Source: Microcoleus sp. (GTDB lineage Bacteria > Cyanobacteriota > Cyanobacteriia > Cyanobacteriales > Microcoleaceae). Taken from it: DNA of 64,000 nucleotides. Of this stretch, positions 10,140 to 19,763 are shown one piece after another. The stretch is taken from NCBI GenBank assembly GCA_052279835.1, contig CP181291.1:1440001-1504000 (forward strand), read 5' to 3'. Numbering within the stretch: the first letter of the stretch is position 1; every line of letters starts with the position of its first letter. Position numbers and translations under genes: made by a program. The notes under the pieces were generated by a model, which was given only the letters and a program-made list of their open reading frames with translations, was not told the origin of the DNA and ran no database searches.

Positions 10140-12641
10140 ATGCAGAAAAAGTTCCTTCACACCATCAAAGGACATTCCTGGCGGTACTTCCTCTCAGTAG
10201 GCGCGATCGCTCTGATCTACTTTTGGGCGTCCCAATTCGCCATTTCCATGCTCACACTGAGTTCAGAAGTATCCCCCATGTGGCCAGCAGCAGGAATTGC
10301 CCAAGTTGCTCTCCTGCTATTTGGGCGTCAACTGTGGCCAGGTGTCGCCATCGGCGGCTTCCTGTTTAGCATGAGCGACCCTTCAACTAACATCGCCAGC
10401 GCCTTCATCTCCGCCAGCGGCAGAGCTTTGCAAGCATGGACAGGAACTTACCTGCTGCAACGGCTTCACTTCAGCGCCGGACTCGATCGACTCAAAGACA
10501 TCTTAGGAATAGTCGGACTAGCAGCCTTCGGCTCTACCCTGATCAACTCCACCATCGGCAGCCTCGTCCAATGTCTCACAGGCTTATCTAGCTGGAGCAA
10601 TTTTGGCAGAATTTGGGCGACTTGGTGGGTGGGAGACGCCATGGGAATTTTGCTCATCGCCCCCCTGATCCTGACTTGGCGTGAATTACCCTCCATCAAA
10701 GCCGATCGCCAGCAGATTGTCGAACGCGCTATTTGGCTGCTGCTACTGCTAGCCGTGGGCTGGCTAGTCTTCTGCTCCCGCACCCGTGCCGCCTACGCCC
10801 GCTATCCCCTGGAATACCTACCCTTTCCCCTAGTAGTTTGGGCCGCCTTTCGATTTGGTCAGCGCTACACCGCCCTCTCCAACTTCATCCTGTGTGGCTT
10901 CGCCATCTGGGGCATAGCCAGAGGTAGCGGCCCTTTTCTCAAACACGCTAGCAGCATCCCCCAAGCACTTTTATCCCTGCAAGCATTCATTGCAGTCATC
11001 GCCGTTACAGGCTTAGTCTTAGCCGCCACCGTAGCCGAACGTCGCCAAGCAGAAACCTTCCTGCGAGCTAGCGAAGCCAGCCTCGCCAATGCCCAGCGCA
11101 TCGCCCAGTTGGGCAACTGGGACCTAGACCGCATTACCACACAACTGCGCTGGTCTGATGAAATTTACCGCATCCTGGGACAACCGCCCAGAAGCTTTGA
11201 ACCCAGTCTCGAAGCTTTCTTGGAATATGTACATCCAGACGATCGAGAATTAGTCAAGACATCCATTGAAGCTGCTTTATTTGAAAAACAGCCCTATAGC
11301 ATCGACTACCGACTATTACTCCCCGACGGCTGCCAGCGTACCGTCTGCGAACAAGCCGCCGTCAACTCTACCTATATCAGCAGCACTGTCCAAGACATCA
11401 CAGACCGCAAGCGAGCCGAAGCAGCCCTCCGTTCCTCCGAAGAGAGATTTTCCAAGGCTTTTCACGCATCACCAGTCGGCATCAGCATCTGCACCCTCAC
11501 AGACGGCTGTTTTTTAGATGCCAATGAAAGCTTTTTGCGCCAGCTAGGCTGGGAACGCAGCGACTTCCTCGGCCACAATGCCGACGAGTTGAAAATGTGG
11601 GTCAACCCTGAAGACGGACCGCGACTGGCCCAGACTTTGCAATCGCAAAATTCCATCAGTAATGAAGAAGTATTAATTCGCACTAAAACAGGCGAAGAAC
11701 GCGACTGGCTGCTGTCGGTGGAACTGATTTACCTGGGCAGCACCCAGTGCGTTTTAATCATGACCAGCGACATCACCGAACGCAAACGAGCCGAAGAATT
11801 CCGCCGCGACAAAGAAGCAGCCGAAGCGGCAAATCGCTCCAAAAGTGAATTTCTCGCCAACATGAGCCACGAACTGAGAACCCCGCTGAATGCGATTATT
11901 GGCTACAGCGAACTTCTACAAGAAGATGCCCAAGACCTAGGTGCCGAAGAGTTTGTCGATGACCTCAAGAGAATTAGCACCGCAGGTCAACACTTGCTAG
12001 CAATTATTAAAGATATTCTTGACTTTTCTAAGATTGAAGCTGGTCGCATGAAACTAGACCTGGAAAATTTCAGTATCTTAAGTTTGGTTGAGGATGTGGC
12101 TGCTATGATTGCCCTGCAAGCAGACAAAAATTCTAATATTTTAGACATACAATGTGATGACGATATTGGCGATATGTATACAGATTTGACTAAACTCCGC
12201 GAGTGCTTGCTGAATCTTCTGAGCAATGCCTCTAAATTTACTTTTTCTGGGGTGGTGACTTTCGCCGTTACCCGCCAACAAGTCCAAACTACCGAAGAGT
12301 CTACAGTATCAGAGCCTGTTGATGGAGGACAAGAAAATAATGCACCTGGGATATCTCTCCCGTCTGCATTTCAAGACTGGATCGTTTTCACTGTCAAAGA
12401 TACTGGGATCGGTATGACTCGCGAGCAATTAGCCAGAGTGTTCGAGCCATTTACCCAAGCCGATTCTTCCAGCACCAAAAAGTATGGTGGAACAGGTTTG
12501 GGACTGACAATTACCAAAAAATACTGCAAAATGATGGGCGGAGATATTACAGCTATCAGCGAGTTGAATCAAGGCTCTATTTTTACAATTCGGCTTCCAG
12601 CCAAGTTCAGCGAAACTTCCACAATTGATTTTCCATGTTAG
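10140..12641 (+). CDS. MASE1-PAS-PAS sensor histidine kinase
   Basis: MASE1 ([13 protein letters not shown]), two PAS regions, H-box [15 protein letters not shown] boxes. Confidence 0.93.
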   Translation: MQKKFLHTIKGHSWRYFLSVGAIALIYFWASQFAISMLTLSSEVSPMWPAAGIAQVALLLFGRQLWPGVAIGGFLFSMSDPSTNIASAFISASGRALQAWTGTYLLQRLHFSAGLDRLKDILGIVGLAAFGSTLINSTIGSLVQCLTGLSSWSNFGRIWATWWVGDAMGILLIAPLILTWRELPSIKADRQQIVERAIWLLLLLAVGWLVFCSRTRAAYARYPLEYLPFPLVVWAAFRFGQRYTALSNFILCGFAIWGIARGSGPFLKHASSIPQALLSLQAFIAVIAVTGLVLAATVAERRQAETFLRASEASLANAQRIAQLGNWDLDRITTQLRWSDEIYRILGQPPRSFEPSLEAFLEYVHPDDRELVKTSIEAALFEKQPYSIDYRLLLPDGCQRTVCEQAAVNSTYISSTVQDITDRKRAEAALRSSEERFSKAFHASPVGISICTLTDGCFLDANESFLRQLGWERSDFLGHNADELKMWVNPEDGPRLAQTLQSQNSISNEEVLIRTKTGEERDWLLSVELIYLGSTQCVLIMTSDITERKRAEEFRRDKEAAEAANRSKSEFLANMSHELRTPLNAIIGYSELLQEDAQDLGAEEFVDDLKRISTAGQHLLAIIKDILDFSKIEAGRMKLDLENFSILSLVEDVAAMIALQADKNSNILDIQCDDDIGDMYTDLTKLRECLLNLLSNASKFTFSGVVTFAVTRQQVQTTEESTVSEPVDGGQENNAPGISLPSAFQDWIVFTVKDTGIGMTREQLARVFEPFTQADSSSTKKYGGTGLGLTITKKYCKMMGGDITAISELNQGSIFTIRLPAKFSETSTIDFPC

Positions 12642-12801
12642 ATTTGAGCGGAAAATTTAGAGTAATTGACATTAGACCACTTCGGTAGCAGACTCCAATC
12701 AACCCTCAATCATCACCCCACGGCCGCCGGCTGTGAATATTTAAACTCTTTACACTCGACTACCTATACTTAAGAAAGTTGCTGACAAAGCACCAGAAAT
12801 T

Positions 12802-15800
12802 ATGCATCCTCACCTCCAGCGCCAACTCGCACAACTTAATTTAACCGACCATTCTACCCTTCCAACTGCCGAGCAGTGGGAGCGATTTTTAGAAGAGATC
12901 GGTCAAAGCTATCACAGCAATGACCAGCGGGTGTTGGTGAAACCAGCTTCAGAAAACTCGGAGCAAGAAGCGCTACATTCTGCTCCAGACGCTCCCAAGG
13001 TTTCCGAAATCGATCGACTGCGGGCCACTGTCAACAACTTAGGTGCAGGACTTTTTATCCTGGATGCTGAGGGAATTGTGATTGGTGTTAACCCAGAAGC
13101 CGAACGCCTGTTGGGATGGCGAGAGTCGGAACTCGCAGGGGTGGTGCTGGCTTCGCGCATCGCCTCCAAACAGAGGAAAGGCAAAAAATCAAAGGTTGTA
13201 AGTTCCAAGCCACAGGAAGCAAACAAGAGTGAACAGTCACCGATCGCCACTAAACTATCTTTACCAGAGGCGATCGCCTCTGGTCAACCTTACAGTAATT
13301 CAGAAGACCAATTTCTCTGCCGCGATGGGAAAATTTTACCTGTTTCCTATTTTTTCAATCCAGCCGATGGTGGCGCTAACATCTCCGTCGTAGTATTTTT
13401 TGACATCGGCGAACAAAAGCGAGTTGCTAGAGAAAAAGAGCGATCGCTCTCTATGCTACAATCAGTTTTAGAATCTACGGATGCGGGTATTATTGCTGTT
13501 GACAATAATGGTAACGTGTGTAACTACAATCAAAAATTTCTCGAAATGTGGGGTTTGTCGGAAGCACAGCAATTAAGTCGATCGACTGTCGGCACTCTGC
13601 AAAAACCAACTAAAACCAGCTTTCCCTTTGCCCTGCGCCAATTAAAATATCCCCAAGGATTTCTCAAAAATGTGATGAAAGTGTCGGCTCATCCAGATAC
13701 TCAAATAGACGACTTACTAGAATTTAAAGACGGGAAAATTCTCGAATTACATTCCCTGCCATCAAAAGTAGGCTCAAAAATAGTAGGCAGAGTCTGGAGT
13801 TTTCGAGATGTTACCGAACGCAAAAGAGTAGAAAAAGCGTTGCAAGAGCGAGTAGAGTTCGACCAATTAATTACCAGTTTATCAACACATTTTATCAGCC
13901 AGTCAGTATCAGAAATAGATCGAGGTATCGTTCAAGCCCTAGAAGCGATCGCCATAAAAACCAGCTTCGAGCGCAGTTATATATACCTGTTATCCCCAGA
14001 TAAAAATAAATTTAACAACAGCTACGAATGGTGTCAAACAGGGAGACAGTCCCTGAGAGAAAAAATGCCACAAATATCAGTTGAACAAATTCCTTGGCTA
14101 GGGGAAAAGATAGCGAAATTTGAAAGCTTATACATTCCAGAAATCAACGAATTAGAGGAAATGAAATTATTAGAAGTAGCATATTTTGACGAAAATCAAG
14201 CACCGGAATCAAGCCATACATACCAATTTAAAAATCCCAATAAAAGCTCCCTGAAGTCCTTGGCAGCCCTGGGAGAATCCCTGCCAAATTTTCCTATTAA
14301 AGAAGCAATTAAAAGCCTGCAATCCTTGATAATTATCCCCCTAGTTTGCAGTAAAGAATTAATCGGATTTATCGGATTCGATAGCCAAAAGGAAACAACA
14401 AGTCGATCGCCAGAAATATGCACCCAGCTCAAAATAGTAGGAGAAATGCTAGCCAATGCCCTAGAGCGCCAGCGAGCAGAATCAGCCTTGAGACAAGCCG
14501 AAACAAAATACCGCAGCATCTTTGAAAACGCAGTGGAAGGCATATTCCAAATCACCCCAGACGGGCGTTACATTAGTGCCAACACCGCACTAGCCCGCAT
14601 CTACGGTTACGATTCCTGCACCCAAATGCAAAACGAACTGGCAGATGCCAACAGCCAATTTTACAGCGCCCCCCACCGACGAGCAGACTTGATTGCAGTC
14701 ATGGCTGATGTCGGTGAAATATCCAAATTTGAGTCGCAAGTATACCGCCGAGATGGTACCCAAATCTGGATTGCCGAAAACGCCCGCAGCATCTGCGACG
14801 ACAACGGCAACGTTCTATACTACGAAGGTACTGTAGAAGACATCACCGATCGCAAACAAGCTGAATCAGCCCTCCACCAGGCTCTAGAAGCAGCAGAATC
14901 AGCAAACCGTGCCAAAAGTACATTTCTGGCCAACATGAGCCACGAACTCCGTACACCCCTCAACGCGATCATCGGCTACAGCGAAATGCTTCAAGAAGAA
15001 GCCGAAGACTCTGGGAACGAGGCATCAGTCCCGGATCTAGAAAAAATCCGCACCGCCGGCAAACACCTGCTATCCCTGATCGACGACATCTTAGATATCT
15101 CTAAAATTGAAGCCGGGAGAATGGAACTGTACCTAGAAACCTTTGACATCCCATCCCTCATACAGAGCGCGGTGGCTACCGCACTCCCACTGATCGAAAA
15201 AAACGGCAACATCCTAGAAATTTACTGCCCTGACAATCTCGACACCATGCACGCAGACATGACAAAAGTGCGACAGGTACTACTGAACCTGCTGAGTAAT
15301 GCCGCTAAATTTACCCAAAATGGAAAGATTGCGATCGGAGTCGAAAAAATTAAAAATGAAGAGTTAAGAATTAAAAATCAAGAGGAATCTGGTCAAATTT
15401 TAATTTCCAATTCGGAATTTTTAAGTTTCCGTGTCGCCGACACCGGAATCGGCATGAATCCAGAACAATTGCAGCGAGTTTTCCTACCTTTCACCCAAGC
15501 TGATGCTTCAACAACCCGTAAGTACGGGGGCACAGGTTTAGGATTGGCTATCAGCCAGCGCTTCTGTCAGATGATGGGTGGCACCATAGAAGCCAACAGC
15601 AAATTGGGTATCGGCAGCGCTTTCACTGTCATCCTACCCAGCCAAATCAAACTGCCGGAAATACCAGAAAACACCGTCCCAGACAGCAGCAGCCCCCTGG
15701 GTTCAAATACGATAGGGACTATTCTAGTCGTTGACGATGACGCGATTTCGCGGGATTTGATCCAACGGGCTCTGACTCGCCAAGGACTACACATAGAACT

Positions 15801-16509
15801 CGCCAGCAGCGGGGAACAAGCCTTAACCCTCGCCAAGGAACTGCACCCGGATGCAATTACTCTCGACGTGATGATGCCGGGAATGGACGGCTGGGCAGTG
15901 CTCTCAGCCCTGAAGGCAGATCCAGACCTTGCAGAAATTCCCGTAATCCTGCTATCCTTTGTTGGCAACAAAAGCCTCGGCTTTGCATTGGGTGCATCGG
16001 ACTATCTCACCAAGCCAGTGGACGGCAAAAGGCTGGCTACTTTGTTGAGGAAGTACCGACGCCACCAAGACAACCGGGCAAATAACAATTTGAGCTGTCA
16101 GATCCTGATTGTGGAAGATGATGTTGCCACCCGCAGAATACTGCGACGCATACTAGAAAAACAGGGCTGGGCAGTAACCGAAGCCGATAGTGGGCGCGCT
16201 GCTCTCGATCGCCTAGACGTTTCCCGACCCAACCTGATCCTACTGGATTTGATGTTGCCAGAAATGGATGGCTTTGAGTTGATTACCGAAGTTCGCAAAT
16301 TGAACTCTGGAGATCCAATACCGATTATTGTGATCACGGGTAAAGATTTGACACCAGCCGAAAGCCAACAGCTAAATGGTTGTGTCGATCGCGTGCTATT
16401 TAAGGGAGTCTACAGTTGCGATACTTTGCTGCGCGACGTTCGTTCTATAGTGAATGACAGATTCGATCGCAGGTACGGCTCGAAAGACAAGGAGGGAACC
16501 AATGGCTAA
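12802..16509 (+). CDS. Hybrid PAS/GAF histidine kinase with two C-terminal receiver domains
   Basis: Multiple PAS, GAF-like segment, SHELRTPL, HATPase; REC1 (ILVVDDD, ITLDVMMP) and REC2 (ILIVEDD, ILLDLMLP). Confidence 0.93.
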   Translation: MHPHLQRQLAQLNLTDHSTLPTAEQWERFLEEIGQSYHSNDQRVLVKPASENSEQEALHSAPDAPKVSEIDRLRATVNNLGAGLFILDAEGIVIGVNPEAERLLGWRESELAGVVLASRIASKQRKGKKSKVVSSKPQEANKSEQSPIATKLSLPEAIASGQPYSNSEDQFLCRDGKILPVSYFFNPADGGANISVVVFFDIGEQKRVAREKERSLSMLQSVLESTDAGIIAVDNNGNVCNYNQKFLEMWGLSEAQQLSRSTVGTLQKPTKTSFPFALRQLKYPQGFLKNVMKVSAHPDTQIDDLLEFKDGKILELHSLPSKVGSKIVGRVWSFRDVTERKRVEKALQERVEFDQLITSLSTHFISQSVSEIDRGIVQALEAIAIKTSFERSYIYLLSPDKNKFNNSYEWCQTGRQSLREKMPQISVEQIPWLGEKIAKFESLYIPEINELEEMKLLEVAYFDENQAPESSHTYQFKNPNKSSLKSLAALGESLPNFPIKEAIKSLQSLIIIPLVCSKELIGFIGFDSQKETTSRSPEICTQLKIVGEMLANALERQRAESALRQAETKYRSIFENAVEGIFQITPDGRYISANTALARIYGYDSCTQMQNELADANSQFYSAPHRRADLIAVMADVGEISKFESQVYRRDGTQIWIAENARSICDDNGNVLYYEGTVEDITDRKQAESALHQALEAAESANRAKSTFLANMSHELRTPLNAIIGYSEMLQEEAEDSGNEASVPDLEKIRTAGKHLLSLIDDILDISKIEAGRMELYLETFDIPSLIQSAVATALPLIEKNGNILEIYCPDNLDTMHADMTKVRQVLLNLLSNAAKFTQNGKIAIGVEKIKNEELRIKNQEESGQILISNSEFLSFRVADTGIGMNPEQLQRVFLPFTQADASTTRKYGGTGLGLAISQRFCQMMGGTIEANSKLGIGSAFTVILPSQIKLPEIPENTVPDSSSPLGSNTIGTILVVDDDAISRDLIQRALTRQGLHIELASSGEQALTLAKELHPDAITLDVMMPGMDGWAVLSALKADPDLAEIPVILLSFVGNKSLGFALGASDYLTKPVDGKRLATLLRKYRRHQDNRANNNLSCQILIVEDDVATRRILRRILEKQGWAVTEADSGRAALDRLDVSRPNLILLDLMLPEMDGFELITEVRKLNSGDPIPIIVITGKDLTPAESQQLNGCVDRVLFKGVYSCDTLLRDVRSIVNDRFDRRYGSKDKEGTNG

Positions 16510-16876
16510 AATCCTGTTGGTCGAAGATAACGAAATGAACAGAGATATGCTATCAAGACGCCTAGCTCGCAAGGGACACGAGGTGTTTATTGCAGTGGAC
16601 GGTGCCGAGGGAGTGTCGATGGCGATTGCCAAAGTACCGGATTTGATTCTCATGGATATGAGTCTGCCAGTGCTCGATGGATGGCAAGCAACCAGGCAAA
16701 TTAAGGCGGCTCCAGAAACTAGCAGGATTCCGGTGATTGCCCTGACGGCTCATGCTATGGCAGGCGATCGAGAAAAGTGTTTAGACGCTGGTTGTGACGA
16801 CTACGACACCAAACCTGTGGAATTTCCGCGACTTTTGGGTAAGATTGAACTGCTTCTGAAAGAGGCTATGACATGA
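16502..16876 (+). CDS. Single-domain response regulator (DivK/CheY-like)
   Basis: MAKILLVEDN, LILMDMSLP, ALTAHAM, KP. Start at ATG 16502 overlaps the upstream stop. Confidence 0.93.
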   Translation: MAKILLVEDNEMNRDMLSRRLARKGHEVFIAVDGAEGVSMAIAKVPDLILMDMSLPVLDGWQATRQIKAAPETSRIPVIALTAHAMAGDREKCLDAGCDDYDTKPVEFPRLLGKIELLLKEAMT

Positions 16877-17934
16877 AAGGTGATGAGAGCAGAGTTCTAG
16901 TTGTTGACGACAATGAAGTAAACCGCGATTTACTGGCCCGCAGACTTCAGCGTCAAGGCCACGCGGTGACAGTTGCTGAAGATGGTGTCCAAGCTCTAGA
17001 ATTGATGCGCTCTGCGCCTTTTGATTTGGTTCTGCTTGACATTATGATGCCCCAAATGAACGGGTATCAAGTCCTGGAAAACCTGAAGGCGGATGAGAGA
17101 TTGCGCTACATCCCAGTGATTATGATTTCGGCGGTGGACGATATTGACAGTATCGTCCGTTGTATCGAGTTGGGGGCGGAAGATTATCTTTCTAAACCCT
17201 TTAATCCGGTACTATTGAAGGCTAGGATTAGTGCTTGTCTGGAAAAAAAACGGCTGCGCGATCAGGAGCAAGCTTATTTACAGGAGTTAGCCGAGGAACA
17301 GGGGAAGTCCGAGCGTTTGCTGCTGAATATCTTACCCCAGGCGATCGCCGAACGCCTCAAACAGGGAGAAATTACGATCGCCGACAGTTTCCCTGACGTG
17401 ACTGTGATGTTTGCAGATTTGGTTGGTTTTACTAAGCTTTCCACTCACTTATCGCCTGCGGAGTTAGTGGAATTGCTCAACCAGATTTTCTCGAAATTTG
17501 ATGAGTTGGCCGATCGCTACGGACTTGAGAAAATTAAGACCATCGGCGATGCTTATATGGTAGTTGGTGGTTTACCCACACCCAGTGACAATCATGCTGA
17601 GGCGATCGCCTCTATGGCGATCGACATTCAAGCAGCCATTAGCAAGATGCGAACCAAAGGCGATCGACCACTCAGCATTCGCATCGGTATCAATACTGGC
17701 CCAGTGGAAGCTGGGGTAATAGGTACTAAAAAGTTTACCTATGATTTATGGGGAGATACAGTAAATATCGCTTCTCGGATGGAATCTCAAGGTGTACCCG
17801 GAGGGATTCAGGTGACAGTTGCTACCTACGAACGACTACGGGATAAGTACATTTTCGAGGCTCGCGGCGTGCTTCCTGTGAAGGGCAAAGGGGATATGAT
17901 GACTTATCTGCTGTTGGGTCCAAAGGTTAATTAG
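16873..17934 (+). CDS. Receiver-domain class III adenylate cyclase
   Basis: REC domain plus FADLVGFT, KIKTIGDAYM and YDLWGDTVNIASRME (ATP-specifying K and D present). ATGA overlap with the upstream gene. Confidence 0.93.
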   Translation: MKGDESRVLVVDDNEVNRDLLARRLQRQGHAVTVAEDGVQALELMRSAPFDLVLLDIMMPQMNGYQVLENLKADERLRYIPVIMISAVDDIDSIVRCIELGAEDYLSKPFNPVLLKARISACLEKKRLRDQEQAYLQELAEEQGKSERLLLNILPQAIAERLKQGEITIADSFPDVTVMFADLVGFTKLSTHLSPAELVELLNQIFSKFDELADRYGLEKIKTIGDAYMVVGGLPTPSDNHAEAIASMAIDIQAAISKMRTKGDRPLSIRIGINTGPVEAGVIGTKKFTYDLWGDTVNIASRMESQGVPGGIQVTVATYERLRDKYIFEARGVLPVKGKGDMMTYLLLGPKVN

Positions 17935-17981
17935 TCATTTAACAAATAACTAATAACAGTCAAAAAATACAAAAATATCCA

Positions 17982-18500
17982 ATGAACGTAAATTCTAATC
18001 TCTTAATGTACGCCCAATGGGCAGGAATTCTCACCGCGGCTTTCGCTGTTTTAACGGTGATTGCTTTTATCTTGCAGTGGGGTTTTCGCTTCCGCTTGGT
18101 AGGAGTTACTAGCTTTATGGCAGTAATTGCTGCTAGTATATTTGGCCTCGGTTTAGGATTGTTTACTCGCACAGAAATTCCCGGTGCTGTGCGCTATTCT
18201 CTAGTTTACGATACAGGCGGCGCTCAAACTGTAATTACCGTGCCACCGACGATCGCCCAATCAGAGTTGGAAGCGACGATGCAGCAAGCTGCTGCGGATT
18301 TGTACTCCCCAGGCCGCTCTGGACGTGGCAGAGACTACATGACCATTAAGGTACGGACAATTATACATCCAGAGCCAGGAGTCTCCCAGCCACTGTTTTT
18401 GGGAGAGGTGACGCGATCGCTCGCTACTCGATATGACGACAAAATGTCGATCGAAATCTTCCCCGAACAAGTCGCTACTCTGAAAAAATATCAATCCTAA
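17982..18500 (+). CDS. ycf51: Ycf51 family (DUF2518) protein
   Basis: WGFRFRLVGVTSF, IPGAVRYSLVYDTG and LYSPGR motifs. Confidence 0.8.
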   Translation: MNVNSNLLMYAQWAGILTAAFAVLTVIAFILQWGFRFRLVGVTSFMAVIAASIFGLGLGLFTRTEIPGAVRYSLVYDTGGAQTVITVPPTIAQSELEATMQQAAADLYSPGRSGRGRDYMTIKVRTIIHPEPGVSQPLFLGEVTRSLATRYDDKMSIEIFPEQVATLKKYQS

Positions 18501-18517
18501 AAGTAGGAAGATAGGAG

Positions 18518-19732
18518 TTGCCAAGCTGTAGGGAAAAGCCTAATTACTACAACCAAAAAGCTTTACTACCAGTTATCAAAAAAGACTTGGTAAAAGTTGG
18601 TCATAGTGGTGAATTGTTGGATTTTAAGCAAGTAGATTCTACGGTCTTGCAAGATGTTTCCAAACGAGTAGACCAAACATTTGAGCGATTTATCATCGGC
18701 GATAGTAAAGGTGGGAAATCAGGTAGACCTCGCTTTAAAACTGAAGCGGACTACCGGACAATGGCTTTTGCAACTGCTAGCGATGATTGGATTAAGCTAG
18801 TCCGCAATGACTGGATTTATATTCGAATGCCAAAACTAGGGGTTGTCAAAGTTCGGATGCACCGCTCCATCCCAGATGGATTTACCCTCAAGCAAGCTAG
18901 TGTCACTAGAAAAGCTGATGGTTGGTTCATTCAATTAATGCTTGAAGACACATCAGTGCCTGAGTTCACCCCCGATGGGGTTATGCCAACTTGGGACAAC
19001 TCAATTGGTTTGGACGCGGTACTTCATGAGAATGTTTATCTAGCAACATCTGAGGGTGAAAAGCTATCTTCACTCAAGCCACTACGCAAGAACCAAGCTA
19101 AGCTAGACCGGATTTCGACAAAACGGAATAAGCGTAAAAGAGGAAGCAAGGCTAGGCGAAAGTTGGCTAAAAAAGAGGCGCGTCTGCATCAACGAATTGC
19201 TCGTTCTCGCCAAGACTTTCAGTACAAAGTTGCTCACAAGCTTGTACGAACAGGTGCTAAATTCTTTTTCCATGAAGACCTAAATCTGAAGGGTTTAACC
19301 AAGCGGAACAAGGTAAAACAAGATGATGATGGGACTTACCTCCCCAATGGTCAATCAGTCAAGTCAGGACTGAACAAGTCTTGGCTGGATGCTGCATTCG
19401 GTCAATTTTTCAAGACACTGGACTACATAGCCGCAAAAGCTGGAGCAGTTGTCATTTCAAAAAAACCTGCTTACACCTCAATGGTACTCAGTTATCGGAA
19501 TGAAATCATTTTCACCGATTGCAGTATTCGAGATTATTGGGATGAGCAAAACTCTCTGATGGTTGACCGCGATATTAATGCCGCGATTAATTTAAAGAGA
19601 CTGGGGTTGGACATTTTCCCCAGTATAAAACGCCCTAGTGGGAATCTTTCTATAGTAGGAACTATGGATGAAGCGTACCAGAAGGAAATTTTGTATACCC
19701 TTATTAGGGCTGCAAAGATGCCCACGTCATAG
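18518..19732 (+). CDS. tnpB: IS200/IS605-family TnpB (RNA-guided endonuclease), N-terminally truncated and lacking zinc-finger cysteines
   Basis: GRPRFK; RuvC-I SIGLD, RuvC-II HEDL, RuvC-III DRDINAAINL; no CxxC pairs; TTG start with an in-frame stop two codons upstream. Confidence 0.85.
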   Translation: MPSCREKPNYYNQKALLPVIKKDLVKVGHSGELLDFKQVDSTVLQDVSKRVDQTFERFIIGDSKGGKSGRPRFKTEADYRTMAFATASDDWIKLVRNDWIYIRMPKLGVVKVRMHRSIPDGFTLKQASVTRKADGWFIQLMLEDTSVPEFTPDGVMPTWDNSIGLDAVLHENVYLATSEGEKLSSLKPLRKNQAKLDRISTKRNKRKRGSKARRKLAKKEARLHQRIARSRQDFQYKVAHKLVRTGAKFFFHEDLNLKGLTKRNKVKQDDDGTYLPNGQSVKSGLNKSWLDAAFGQFFKTLDYIAAKAGAVVISKKPAYTSMVLSYRNEIIFTDCSIRDYWDEQNSLMVDRDINAAINLKRLGLDIFPSIKRPSGNLSIVGTMDEAYQKEILYTLIRAAKMPTS

Positions 19733-19763
19733 CTGTACTCGGCTTGACGTGGGAGTATGTCAC
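19722..19763 (+). mobile_element. Putative IS605 right end / 3' end of omegaRNA scaffold
   Basis: Hairpin CCCACGTCA...TGACGTGGG followed by AGTATG-TCAC immediately after tnpB. Confidence 0.65.
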
